Shown here: positions 11,401 to 22,772 of the stretch, piece after piece
How the letters are laid out: every line of letters starts with the position of its first letter
Numbering within the stretch: the stretch's first letter is position 1
Assembly (NCBI GenBank): GCA_026025795.1
Contig: JAPEUG010000067.1
Span: 1-59,810, forward strand
From: Thelocarpon superellum
Taxonomy: Eukaryota
Direction of reading: 5' to 3'
Length of the DNA stretch: 59,810 nucleotides
Notes under the pieces: model-generated
The model's database searches: none
Seen by the model: only the letters and a program-made list of their open reading frames with translations
What the model was told of the DNA's origin: nothing
Translations under genes and position numbers: made by a program

Positions 11401-14400
11401 GGGCGCTGGCCAGCCAGTCGGTCGCCTGCAGGCGCACGCGCCGGGCCAGGTCATCGGGAGCGATGGCCGCGGTGGCGGGATCGCGGCCGAGGTGCAAGAT
11501 CAGCTGAGCCCGGAGCAGTCGCCAGGCCTGCTGCTTGTAAAAGGCGTCGGAGACGAGGGCGGCCGGGGTCTTGGGGATGTCCGTCAGCGTGGTCCGGGCG
11601 CGTTCGAGGCCCACGGTGGCGGGCCACGCGCGATCTTTGGCGGCGCCGACGAGGCGGACGTCGAAGCTGCAGCGGTCATCGGCATAGGTTTGGTAGGCCA
11701 GGCGTGGCGGCGCGGTGAGGAACTTGCGGTTGCGGCCGCCGAGCTTGCCGAGGATACGCATGGTGGTGTGGGCGTGAAAGTGTGGATAGGGGGCCGGGCG
11801 CAAGTGTTCCCACAGCGCCGTCATCAGGTCGGACATGACGGGGGCCATGATGGGGTCGAGGTAGTCGGCCGTCAGGTTGTCGACGCACAGCTCGAGCGTG
11901 CGCAGGCCCTGCCCAACCAGGTCGGAGCCGGCGCGCAGGGCGACGACGAGCGGGCGCATGAGGTAGCTCAGGTGCGGCAGCAGGTTGCTCAGCCGCGCGG
12001 GCACCGTCAGGCAGAGCTCGACGTAGAGGTCGCGTTCGGCGGGCTTGCGGGCGGCGCCCAGCAGGTGGTTGAGCGTCTCGAGCAGCATCTCGAGCAGGGG
12101 CAGCAGCTCCTTGTACAGCAGCTCGAAGCGGCCGCCGCCGATGCTGCGGAAGAGGGAGCGCAGCAACAGGAAATAATTGAGCGGCTCGGCGGCGGTGCGG
12201 GCCAGCGTGAGGCTCTGGGTGACGATGGTGGCGACGTGCGGCAGCAGGACCTGCTCGTTCTGCGCCGAGAAGAGGGTGACGGCCATGAAGGAGAGCTTAA
12301 AGAGGCGCAGCAGGATGGACGACGTCTTGACGTCCGCCGCGCCGACCTGCTCGATCCGGGCCATGAGGAAGGCGAGCAGCATGCCGGCGAAGGCGGGCGA
12401 CGTCGCCTCGCTGGCGAGGAAGAACTGCGGCACGTGCAGCAGGGCGGTGTGCTCAAACATCATGTCGTAGAGGCGCGGGATCTCGGCGTGAAAGACCTCG
12501 TGGAAGGTGGCGGGGTCGATGCAGTGGAAGACGGTGGCAAAGGTCTCGAGCAGCTCCTTCTCTTGCTTGCCGCTCGACACCATGTAGTGGTTGGCGAGGA
12601 ACTCGACGGGCGAGGCGTAGGTGGTCTCGGGCTTCGGCGGCTTCTCGAGGCGGTAGTAGCGGAAGACGTGGGCGCCCTCGCGGAAGAGCTTGGTGATGAC
12701 GTGCACCTCCTCGGCGTCGTAGCCGTACGACACCTCGTGCCAGTTGGGTGGCTGGTGGGCGGCTTCGACCGGCCGGGCCGGCGGGGGGTTGCACACCTTG
12801 AGCTGGTAGAACATGTTCTTGAGCCCGTTCATCAGGTTCTTGAAGAGGAACTTGTTGTCGGCGACGGGGTCGGCGCCGCGGTCGCGCGGCGCCGCCAGCT
12901 TGATGGGGGTGGCATGGAAGATGTCGATGGCGTCCCAGTCGGGAAGAGGTTCCTGGTCGGCCAAGTAGGGCTCGGGGGCGAGCTCGAGGGCGGAGGGTGC
13001 GGCGGCGGTGGCGGTGGTGACCTTGACGGCGTTGTCGTACTGCCGATTCATGGCGGCAAACTTGTCGGCGATGGCGTTCAGGATCATGATGAGGAAATGG
13101 CGGGCGTCGCGCTTGTCCTCGAGACGCGCGATACAGTCGGCCATGTTCAGGAGTAGCTTGGCGCTCATCGTCTGGAAGCTGGTGCCGGGGAAGTCGTCGT
13201 GCAGGTTCTTGGTGTAGACCTGGATGGTGCGACGGATCTGGTCCTTGTTGAGGGCATCGCGCACATGGTGGATGAGATCGGCCAGCATGCTGTAGGCCAG
13301 TGGGCGCATGGTCTCGTAGACGGTGAGGCCGTCGCCGATGAGAGTCTTCTCGTCGAGCAGGGCGTCGATCTGCTTGAGGAAGATCTTGCGGAAGTTGAAG
13401 TTGATGATGTGCCGGATGGCGACGAGCAGCTCCTTGCGGGCGCTCGAGCGCTCACGCGGGCAATCCTGCAGCAGGCGGACCACGATCTCGGGCAGGGTGG
13501 GGAGGAAGTCGGTCAGCTGCTGCGCGTAGACGCGCAAGAGGTAGGCGAGGAAGCTCATCGTCTTCACCTGGGCCATGATGAACTCGCCAAAGGCGGCGCG
13601 GTTTTTGATCTGGGGGCTGACGCCGGTGAAGACGCGGCCATGCTCCTTGGCCTCCTGGTGCGCACGCTCCTGTGGGCCCGCCTGCAGCATCAACACGGCC
13701 TTGATGAGGGGCACAAAGGCCTTGACGTTGCGGTGCACGCAGCTGCGGTGGGCCTGGAAGAGCGAAACGACGATGATGGGACACTCGGCTAAGACCTTGA
13801 AGGACTGCATGCCACGCAGCAGCTGGCGTGTCGTCTGTGGCTCCACCCCCCCCTCCGGCCCCGTGGCCATGGGTGAGCCGGGCCGGGGCGACTGGAAGTT
13901 CCCCGCCGGGCCGGGTGTCGATGGCACCACGTTGGCCGGGGCGGCGGCCGTGGTGGTGGCGGCGGCGGCGGCGGGGTTGTCAAAGGTATCATGGACGGCC
14001 TGGTCCATGGTCTGGAACATCTCCTGGATGAGGTCGAGGAAGGGCTGGACACGGTCGGCCAGGACCTTGGTCTGCTGCCGCTGGAGGTCCATGATGGTCT
14101 TCATGCACAGCACGGCATTGTCCTCGTTTTCCACCTGGACCAGGTCCATCAGGAGGTCGACGATCTCGGCGGCGTAGGGTTCCAAGGCCTCGGGCGGATT
14201 CATGGGCAGGCGGTGGAGGATCTCGAGGACGCAGTTGCGCAGGCGCTGCTCGGCCGAGGTGCTGAGGAAGACGGCGGGGCCATCTAAGAGTTTGAGGAAG
14301 ACGGGGACCATCTTCTTTAGAAAGGGGACATAGAGCTGGCCCGACGTCATATACTCGATGGAGTCGCGGAGCTCCGTTGCAATCTGAACCCGTAGCTTGA

Positions 14401-14549
14401 GCTCTGCGGGGAAGGCGATGAGTTAGCCATGATCCCGCTTCGTGGCGAGCGAGGATTGAGGATCGAGGAGTAACGTCCTTGGCGGGCTACTCACCAATGT
14501 GTGGGTCCGCCAAGCGGGCGGCGTAGACGTCGACATTGCGGTCCGCCAT
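2483..14549 (-). CDS. TRA1: Tra1/TRRAP, PIKK-family pseudokinase scaffold of SAGA/NuA4
   Basis: ORF of about 3950 aa with HEAT, FAT and PI3K-like regions and a FATC end ([12 protein letters not shown]). The kinase catalytic motifs are replaced (NNRYPHK, GSELIP). True start is ATG 14549 ([13 protein letters not shown]), followed by intron 14404-14494. Likely in-frame introns at 3902-3961 and 4225/4231-4275. Confidence 0.96.
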
Positions 14550-15120
14550 GGTGGTGAGGAGGATGTCCGCCCGGGGGGCAGAGCTCCGGGAAGGCGAACG
14601 GCGCCGGACGCGCTGGGACCGATCACGCCCGTCGGCCTACGACCATGGAGCAAGGACGGGGGTGGCGGTCGTGGGGGCGCATGGGCTCGAGGTCGGCCAC
14701 GGATGATGGACGGTGGGTTTGATGATTACCAGCAGTCGTGAGGGTGGGAACGAGCACCGACGTTGGGCAGTGGACGTCAGGACGTCCGCAGTTGCGAGGA
14801 ACCGTCGTAAGGGAAGAGGGTGACGGTGGTCGAATGATGAAGGTCGGCCGTTGAGATCAAACACACGAAAATTGCGACCGCGTAAGGATTGTAGGTAAGG
14901 AGAGTCTTGGTGGGTATCATTCCATCACCTCACATTCGACCGCCTTGCTTTCGTTTTTCCGCCGCCGTGCCGTGGGCACGCTGGTGTCGTCGTTTCGTCG
15001 TGTCTTGGTCTCTTCGCCTCTCACTTCTGCTCGCTGCTTCTGCCCTCTCCTCCGTATAACTTTCGACCGTGGGCGACGCGACCGACGCCAGGGAATCCCG
15101 CTTGACCCTGAAAACTGCCC

Positions 15121-15130
15121 ATCACGTGAT
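15121..15130. promoter_or_regulatory. Palindromic E-box ATCACGTGAT (Cbf1/bHLH-type site) in the TRA1-ADE6 divergent promoter
   Basis: Perfect 10-bp palindrome between head-to-head genes, with CCAAT at ~15232. Function is inferred only. Confidence 0.35.
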
Positions 15131-15341
15131 GTGTCTGGTCCGTTTGTCGCGCTAAGCGAGGCAGGCCAGCTTCCGTCCTACGCTTGTGCCATTGAGGACT
15201 AGCGAGGGGAACCACCATCAGTAACCAGTCACCAATCACGGTTGGTGTCACGCCAGGTTTCCATATTATGCTGCCAGGAGGGACGTGGGGCGCCCCACAG
15301 ATGCACACCTCACGCCTATGCGTATTTTGGCGATGAGGGGA

Positions 15342-15370
15342 CAGGGAGCGTGATCAGGGAGCGTGATCAG
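15342..15370 (+). repeat. 13-bp tandem duplication CAGGGAGCGTGAT x2 (+CAG) just upstream of the ADE6 start
   Basis: Directly visible perfect direct repeat. Confidence 0.85.
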
Positions 15371-15375
15371 TTGAC

Positions 15376-18300
15376 ATGCCACCAGCAATGGCTACGATGT
15401 CGAGGACACTGACGCTCCCAGGCCCCTGCTTCTATTCCGACTTCCGCGCCAAAGCGCTGGAGGAGGTGCTGGGGGCAGCGGCCGTCACGGGCATTTGGAT
15501 CCACTATGTCCGCCTCACCCAGCGCGCATCCGACGCCGACATCGCGGTGCTCCGACGACTGCTCACCTACGGCACCTCGCCTAATCCCAGCAACGCTCGT
15601 GACGAGATTCTGCTCCGCACCGTTGATGGAAGCAGTCACGACCTCCCCCCCAACACCAAGGCCTACTTTGTGACGCCCCGGCCCGGCACGATCTCGCCAT
15701 GGAGCACCAAAGCCACCAGCCTCGCGCAGGCATGCAATCTAGGCCAGGCCGTGTCACGGATCGAGTGGGGCCGACTCATCATCGTCACCTTCCCGCACGC
15801 TGTGGCCGATGAGGCGCTCCCCGGCGCCGACCAGCTCTACGACCGCATGTCCGAGGCCATCCGGCCAACGGCACCGAATGTGCAAGCCCTCTTCGCGGCC
15901 GATGACGCTGCACGTGCTCCGGACCAGGAGCCGCCCACGGACGACCTCCGTGCCCTCAACCAGATCTACGGCCTGAACCTGCCCGAGGTGGAGATGGACT
16001 ACCTGGCACACACCTTCAGCAGCACCGGTGCCGTCCCACGGGTCCCGACCCACGCCGAGCTGTACATGTTTGCCCAGATCAACTCAGAGCACTGCCGCCA
16101 CAAGACCTTCAACGCCGACTGGACCATCGACGGCGTGCGCCGGGGCGCGAGCATGTTTAGCCTGATCAAGGCCACGCACCAGCACCAGCCGGCCCACACC
16201 ATCAGCGCCTATGCGGACAACGCCGCCGTGTTGGAGGGCGCCCCCGCGAGCGTCTGGGCCCCCGGGCCCCCGGCGCCACGTGACGGCCATCGCCTCTGGG
16301 AGCAGACGGCGCCGGAGGTGGTGCACTACATCGCCAAGGTCGAGACGCACAACCATCCCACGGCCGTCTCGCCCTTTCCCGGTGCTGCCACGGGCTCCGG
16401 CGGGGAGATTCGCGACGAGGGAGCCGTCGGGCAAGGATCCAAGCCCAAGGCCGGCCTGGCCGGCTACAGCTTGTCGGACCTCTGCATCCCCAACCACGTG
16501 CGGGCGTGGGAGCATGACGTGGGACGGCCGCCTCACATCGCCAGTAGCCTCGACATCGTCCTGCAGGCGCCGCTCGGCAACGCGTATTACAATAACGAGT
16601 TTGGCCGGCCATGTACGACGGGCTACCTGCGGACCCTGTTGACCAACGTCGGCGGCGACGCGGCCGCGGCGGCCGAGTGGCGAGGCTATCACAAGCCCAT
16701 CATGATTGCTGGCGGTGTCGGCACCGTGCGGCCGGTCAATGCGTTGAAAGACCCCCGTCCCATCATCCCCGGCGCTTACGTGGTGGTGCTTGGAGGGCCG
16801 GCCATGCTCGTGGGCATGGGCGGCGCCGCCCTCTCCAGCGTGACGTCGGGCGACAGCGACCCCGAGCTGGACTACAGCAGCGTGCAGCGGGCCGACGCCG
16901 AGATGGAACGGCGGGCGCAGATGGTCATCGACGCCTGCGCCGCGCTGACGAACGTCAAGCGGAAGACGCGCAATCCCATCCAGCTGATCCACGACGTCGG
17001 CGCTGGAGGGCTCTCCGTGGCCATCCCGGAGTTGCTGCACGACGCCGGTCTAGGCGGCGACCTCGACCTGGGTCAGATCAGCCAGGCCGGTGGGCTGACG
17101 GCGCTACAGACATGGTGTTGCGAGGCACAGGAGCGATACGTGCTCATCGTCAATTACAGCGATCTGGCCACCTTCCGCGAGATCGCGGAGCGCGAGCGCT
17201 GCCCCTACTCCATCTGCGGCCGGACGGTGGGCGGGCGGGAGGAGAAGCGGCTCGTGGTGAATGACAGTCGCGACGGCGCCGCGCGACCGGTGGACCTCCC
17301 GCTCTCGGTCCTGTTCGGCAAGCCGCCCAAGATGGCGCCCGTCGTGACGTCCCGCGCCCTGCGGCTCCCCGCCTTCGACCGCGGGCTCACCAGCTATCTC
17401 CCGCAGACGCCGACGGACGGGCTCTTCGCCGAGGCTGTGGAGCGGGTTCTGACCCTCCCGGCCGTGGGGTCCAAGTCCTTCCTCATCACGATCGGGGACC
17501 GGACCGTGGGCGGGCTGACGGTGCGCGACCAGATGGTGGGACCGTGGCAGGTTCCGGTGGCAGACGTGTCGGTGACGGCGACGGCGCTGCAGCTCGGCAT
17601 CCAGACGGGCGAAGCCATGGCGGTGGGCGAGCGGCCGACATTGGCCTTGATCTCATCGGCGGCGTCGGCGCGCATGGCGGCGGCCGAGGCCTTGACCAAC
17701 CTGGCCGCGGCAGACCTCAAGGACGGACTGGAGCGGGTGCGGCTGTCGGCCAACTGGATGTCCGCCAGCCGCCATCCGGGCGAGGCGGCGGCGCTGTACC
17801 AGGCCGTCGAGGCGCTCAGCGGCATGAGCCGGGAGATCGGGGTCAGCATCCCTGTGGGCAAGGACTCCATGTCCATGTCCATGGCGTGGAAGGACGAGGC
17901 CGGGTCGGCGCAGCGCGTCACGGCGCCCATGTCCGTGGTCGTGTCGGCGTTTGGCCTGGTCCGGCAGATTCGACAGACGTGGACGCCGACGCTCCGCCGG
18001 CTCGAGGACGTGGGCGAGACGGTGTTGCTCTACGTCGATCTGGCGCAGGGGCAGCGCGCGCTGGGCGGGTCGGCGCTGGCGCAGGTGTTTGGACAGGTGG
18101 GCGACGACGCACCCGACGTGCGCGAGCCCGGCATCCTCCGCGATTTCTTCGACGCCATCGGGCAGCTGCACGAGGCCGGCATCGTGCTGGCCTACCATGA
18201 CCGATCTGATGGCGGGCTCTTCACCACGCTGGTGGAGATGATGTTCGCGGGACGATGTGGGCTCGAGATCTCCCTGGACGACCTGGTGCGCACGGGGCAG

Positions 18301-19590
18301 GCGGCGGACCTCCTCGAGACGATGTTCCACGAGGAATTGGGCGGCGTGTTCCAGGTGCGCAAAGGCGACGAAACGAACTTCCACCGCTGCTTCGCCACGT
18401 GCGGGCCTCCGGCAGGCCTCATCCGACGCATCGGGCACGTCCCACCGAGCAACAAGCAGGACCTGAGCATGTATCGCGGACACACGACGGTGTATCGCGA
18501 GAGCCGGGCACAGCTGCAGTCGCGATGGGCCCACACGTCCTACGTGCTGCAGCGCATGCGCGACAGCCCCGCCTGCGCCGACGCGGAGTACGGTCTCATT
18601 CGGCACGACGGCGATCCGGGGCTTTCCTACCACCTGACCTTCAACCCGGCGCGGATGCTGATGCCGCAGGGCAGAAGCGCGCTGGCCTCGTCCTGGCCCA
18701 CCAGCGTCCCCTCGTTCCTCCGCCGGCCCGAGCCCCGCGTCGCCATCCTCCGCGAACAAGGCAGCAACGGGCACGCGGAGCTCGCGTTCGCCTTCTGGAC
18801 CGCGGGCTTCGACGTCGTGGACGTGCACATGACGGACCTCCTGTCCGGGCGGGTCGACCTCTCGGGTTTCCGCGGTCTCGCAGCCTGCGGCGGCTTCGCC
18901 TTCGGGGACGTGCTCGGGGCCGGACAAGGCTGGGCCATGAGCGTGCTCGAGAACACGCGGCTCCGCGACGGGTTCCGCACCTTCTTCGAGCGACAGGACA
19001 CCTTCACGCTCGGCGTCTGCAACGGATGCCAATTCCTCTCCAAGATCAAGGCCCTCATCCCCGGCACCGCCACCTGGCCGTCGTGGAAGCAGAATCTCAG
19101 CGAGCAGTACGAGAGTCGGCTGTGCATGGTGGAGATTCAAGACGCCCCTCCTCCCCCGACCACTCCCACTCCCACTCCCCCCTCCTCTACCACCGCTCCC
19201 TCCTCCTCGGCAGATCAACCCTCTCCCTCCAGCAGGCGCAGCGTCTTCTTCACCGGTCTGCACGGCACACGGCTCCCGATCGCCGTCGCGCACGGCGAAG
19301 GGCGCGCGAGCCACGCTCCGCCGGCGGGGGTGACGAGCCTGCGGTACGTCGACCCCGGCAGCAAGCGACCGACGACGCAGTATCCGTACAATCCGAACGG
19401 GTCGCCCGACGGCGTCGCGGGCGTTCAGAGCGCCGACGGCCGCGTGCTGGCCATGATGCCGCATCCCGAACGCGCGGTGCTGGCCGACTCCATCTCGTGG
19501 GTCAGCGAGGCCGAGCGAGCAAGGTGGGGAGCGAGGGGCACGGGGCCGTGGATTCGTCTTTTTGATAGTGCCCGTGCATGGGTTGGTTGA
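15376..19590 (+). CDS. ADE6: Phosphoribosylformylglycinamidine synthase (large PurL-type FGAM synthase)
   Basis: 1404-aa uninterrupted ORF with motifs [42 protein letters not shown], glutaminase GVCNGCQ and MMPHPER. The start may be one of the downstream ATGs a few codons in. Confidence 0.96.
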   Translation: MPPAMATMSRTLTLPGPCFYSDFRAKALEEVLGAAAVTGIWIHYVRLTQRASDADIAVLRRLLTYGTSPNPSNARDEILLRTVDGSSHDLPPNTKAYFVTPRPGTISPWSTKATSLAQACNLGQAVSRIEWGRLIIVTFPHAVADEALPGADQLYDRMSEAIRPTAPNVQALFAADDAARAPDQEPPTDDLRALNQIYGLNLPEVEMDYLAHTFSSTGAVPRVPTHAELYMFAQINSEHCRHKTFNADWTIDGVRRGASMFSLIKATHQHQPAHTISAYADNAAVLEGAPASVWAPGPPAPRDGHRLWEQTAPEVVHYIAKVETHNHPTAVSPFPGAATGSGGEIRDEGAVGQGSKPKAGLAGYSLSDLCIPNHVRAWEHDVGRPPHIASSLDIVLQAPLGNAYYNNEFGRPCTTGYLRTLLTNVGGDAAAAAEWRGYHKPIMIAGGVGTVRPVNALKDPRPIIPGAYVVVLGGPAMLVGMGGAALSSVTSGDSDPELDYSSVQRADAEMERRAQMVIDACAALTNVKRKTRNPIQLIHDVGAGGLSVAIPELLHDAGLGGDLDLGQISQAGGLTALQTWCCEAQERYVLIVNYSDLATFREIAERERCPYSICGRTVGGREEKRLVVNDSRDGAARPVDLPLSVLFGKPPKMAPVVTSRALRLPAFDRGLTSYLPQTPTDGLFAEAVERVLTLPAVGSKSFLITIGDRTVGGLTVRDQMVGPWQVPVADVSVTATALQLGIQTGEAMAVGERPTLALISSAASARMAAAEALTNLAAADLKDGLERVRLSANWMSASRHPGEAAALYQAVEALSGMSREIGVSIPVGKDSMSMSMAWKDEAGSAQRVTAPMSVVVSAFGLVRQIRQTWTPTLRRLEDVGETVLLYVDLAQGQRALGGSALAQVFGQVGDDAPDVREPGILRDFFDAIGQLHEAGIVLAYHDRSDGGLFTTLVEMMFAGRCGLEISLDDLVRTGQAADLLETMFHEELGGVFQVRKGDETNFHRCFATCGPPAGLIRRIGHVPPSNKQDLSMYRGHTTVYRESRAQLQSRWAHTSYVLQRMRDSPACADAEYGLIRHDGDPGLSYHLTFNPARMLMPQGRSALASSWPTSVPSFLRRPEPRVAILREQGSNGHAELAFAFWTAGFDVVDVHMTDLLSGRVDLSGFRGLAACGGFAFGDVLGAGQGWAMSVLENTRLRDGFRTFFERQDTFTLGVCNGCQFLSKIKALIPGTATWPSWKQNLSEQYESRLCMVEIQDAPPPPTTPTPTPPSSTTAPSSSADQPSPSSRRSVFFTGLHGTRLPIAVAHGEGRASHAPPAGVTSLRYVDPGSKRPTTQYPYNPNGSPDGVAGVQSADGRVLAMMPHPERAVLADSISWVSEAERARWGARGTGPWIRLFDSARAWVG

Positions 19591-19769
19591 GCCTTCTTCC
19601 ATCCTGACGTTCCTTTACCTGTTTGTTCTTCCTGCGCTGTGCTGCTCCCTTCTGGTGACTTTACTTTGCCTGCTTGCATTTATAGATGGTCAGGTTCAAG
19701 AACTAGCTAGATGAAACCGCTCGCCGCGCTATGTACGTAACTTACCACTGCATGAGGGAAGAAAGAAGT

Positions 19770-21515
19770 CTACGAGGACCGCCGTTTCTCGCCCATGTAG
19801 TATTCGTCGGGCCGCACCTCGTCCAGCAGCATGTCGGAGGTGCCGGCGTGCGCGGTCGGTTTCCCGTCGGTGTAGGGGCTTTCCTGAGGGTGGGGGTAGG
19901 CGCCCCCTCCGCTCTGGCCCAGCAGCGTGGCTCGTTCGCGCTCCATGTCCACTCCGCTGCTGCCGCTTCCTCCAGCCCAAGGCGAGGCCATCTTGCGGCC
20001 CCAGAACATGGTCTCGTCCATCTCCGGCCACTCGTCGACGAGATCGACGAGGGTTTGGATGTGGCCGTAGGTGGCGGGCTGGGGCCCCGGGGGCCGCCAA
20101 AAGGCACAGGCCGTGACGCCGAAGGCGAGCGCGAGGCCGCCCACGCAGAGGTAGAAGATCTGCGGCGGCCGCATGACCATGCCGACGCTGAAGTAGGCCG
20201 ACACGGCCAGGCCGAAGATCCAGTGCAGCACGGGCTTGAACAGGAACAGGGCCAGCGCGGGCGCGGAGAGGAAGAGCATGTGCAGCGCGTTCATGGGTTT
20301 CCGCGACAAGCCGAAGGCGCGGGAGAACAGGCCCGGCTTGCGCTTGCCGGCCAGTCGCCAGGTTTGCTCGTCGCGGATGACGTTGATGAGGAGCTCGGCG
20401 CAGTGCAGGCTGAGGGTCATGAAGGTCTGCAGGAGGCACATGAGCGCAAAGGCCCAGCAGAAGCTAGCGAGCGAGACGTAGGGCCGGGCGGTGTCCTGCC
20501 ATGCGAATTGGCCGATGGGGTCCCAGGGGATGGCGAGCGTCATGGTGCCGGAGGTGTCGCCGCTCTGGTCTTGCTGCGCGACTCGAAGGTCGATGGAGGT
20601 GGGCACGAAGGGGAAGAAGGACCAGGACGTCCCGTTGTACATCCCGTTGACCAGGCGCGAGTGGCGGATCACGGCCACCAGCACAACGCCCCAGGCCAGG
20701 GTCAGGACGACGGTGCCCCAGAGCGCGTAGAAGACGTAGCGCACCTCCTTGTGCGCGTGGAACGAGGACGGTTGGCGCGTCCGCGGCGCGACGGGCATGG
20801 GTGCCTGGTCTTGGTCGTGCACGCTCCGCAGACACCGGCCCGGCGCGGGCCGGACGGTGCCGGCCGCGACACACGCCGCCGCCGTGTCCAGCGGGTTGGG
20901 ACTCCACGTGGGACAGTCCAGGGCCGTGCGGAGCGCCAAGGTGGTGATGATGCACTGGCCGATGATGCCGATGCCCAGGGTGATCATGGCAAAGCCACAC
21001 ACGAACGTCGTGGAGCCCTTGGGGAGGAGACCGCCGACCGCGTCGTAGTTGTAGTGCACGGGCAGATCGCCGATGAAGAGGAGGGAGGTCGAGGCATAGG
21101 ACATGATGATGCAGAACAGCATGAGCACGTTGCAGTACCACGCGTTGGCGCGCGAGGAGTGGGCGCTGGTGAACAGGCGCAGGTTGGAGTTGAAGGCTAG
21201 ACGGCCCTCGCGCTGCAGCGCCCATCGCAGCGAGGTGGCGTGAATGTAGCCCAGCGTCTCGTTGATGATCGTGACCACCACATTGAGCAGCAGCGGCACC
21301 ACCTCTCGCGCATACCCGTTCAGATTGAGGTACGCCCCCGAGCGCACCTGGGCCATCCACACGGCCACCGCGAGCTCCACCACGCCCGCCACCCAACACA
21401 ACATGAGCCCGATGCGGGCCAGCGCCCGCGTGCGTTTTGACGCATCAAAATACACGCCCGCGCCCGCGCCCGCGCCCGCGCCCTCGTACGCCTCCCCGGG
21501 CGCGAGAACATACAT
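19770..21515 (-). CDS. Uncharacterised multi-pass membrane protein
   Basis: ORF of about 580 aa with strong GC3 codon bias and 8 or more hydrophobic segments. The start codon (21515 or 21587) is uncertain. Confidence 0.8.
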   Translation of the reverse strand: MYVLAPGEAYEGAGAGAGAGVYFDASKRTRALARIGLMLCWVAGVVELAVAVWMAQVRSGAYLNLNGYAREVVPLLLNVVVTIINETLGYIHATSLRWALQREGRLAFNSNLRLFTSAHSSRANAWYCNVLMLFCIIMSYASTSLLFIGDLPVHYNYDAVGGLLPKGSTTFVCGFAMITLGIGIIGQCIITTLALRTALDCPTWSPNPLDTAAACVAAGTVRPAPGRCLRSVHDQDQAPMPVAPRTRQPSSFHAHKEVRYVFYALWGTVVLTLAWGVVLVAVIRHSRLVNGMYNGTSWSFFPFVPTSIDLRVAQQDQSGDTSGTMTLAIPWDPIGQFAWQDTARPYVSLASFCWAFALMCLLQTFMTLSLHCAELLINVIRDEQTWRLAGKRKPGLFSRAFGLSRKPMNALHMLFLSAPALALFLFKPVLHWIFGLAVSAYFSVGMVMRPPQIFYLCVGGLALAFGVTACAFWRPPGPQPATYGHIQTLVDLVDEWPEMDETMFWGRKMASPWAGGSGSSGVDMERERATLLGQSGGGAYPHPQESPYTDGKPTAHAGTSDMLLDEVRPDEYYMGEKRRSS

Positions 21516-22772
21516 GGTGCCGACTCGAGGGAAGATCAGGCGGCGAGGGGGAGTAGATGTCAGGTGTTGATGAGGATGCGTAAACACGCCCGGGGACTCC
21601 TCCGCTTTTCAATCGCGCCTTGAGGCTGGGGCGAGCCGTGCGTGTGGCCCCCAACGCCCGTTGGGAGAGCCCCCGGAGACCCCTGCGCGTCACGGGATTG
21701 GCCTATGACTGCAGCTGTGTGACGGCGAAGAGCTCCCGACTGTCACTTCGCGAGCCTCCCGCGGGACTAGTGGTGGAATAGCGGGCCTCCGCCTCGGCTG
21801 CGCCGCACTTCCAGGCGATGCTCCATGGCTTGGGGTCCCGCGGGCCTCGCTAACGCCGGAACTCAGGGCGATGGCTGGTGCTAGTCGTTCGCTAGGGCTG
21901 ACAGGGCGCATGCGAGATCGCTACCTGTAACGCGCCAGGGCGTCGTGGCGTCGCTAAACGTGCGGCTCATTACAGCGACCGTGCTGGTCGGGTGGTCTCG
22001 GCGTTTTCGAGTTGGAAGGTTGGTCTTTTTCCTTTTGGCTCTTGGATCTCAATGGACGAGTAGCTATTCTGAACATAAGGTACTGGACTACGCAAGACAG
22101 ACAGGCGGAGTCGAATGCGGGATGCTCGCGTCAGACTTATGTCGAGCTGAGTTGGTCTTCTGATGACGAAACGCTGAGCTCACTGGGTCTCGGAGGGTGC
22201 CGCAACCTTATCTGAAAGACCCTCTGTGCGTCCTGACACCATGACGCTAAAGCTGAGACAAACAGAACTGCGAGGTCCCAGCCTGCGGAGTGTGAGATGG
22301 ATGCATGCATGCATCGATAAGAAGCGCCAATGAAGAAGCGCCCGATGTATGGATGCATCGATGAAGAAGCGCCTGTGAGGTACTGTGGAGGCTCCATATG
22401 GGAGCTCGAGGCTTCTGAGTAAGCTGCCTCACATGACCCACAATAGCTGTATATTAGAACAACGGATAGCTTCCGTAGAATAAACCACCCATCTCCAGTG
22501 AAATAACCGGGGTGCGTCAGTACCGATCAGTAGGAACATGCACGCTGTGACGAGATCCGTCGGGATTTCTCGGGATGCGGGTCGCAGGACGAGTACGAGT
22601 ACAGACTGCTCCACGGCTTCCTGCATCAACAAGAGCAACCACACAATGCCATCGGCGCCATTGAAGCATCTACCTCAATCATCCGTCCTCACTCACTGGT
22701 CACATGCTCATCGTCACTACAAAGGGTACATTCATAAGCCACCGCATGGGGTTCTTGGCTTCCTACGTCTTC

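Noticed and set aside
2681..13792. Long plus-strand ORFs opposite TRA1 (e.g. 694 aa and 585 aa), and similar antisense or alternate-frame ORFs over ADE6, RTS1, PRP9, MCM5 and VPS54
   Set aside because: These are shadow ORFs expected from high-GC3 codon bias. They have no domain motifs and fully overlap confident genes.
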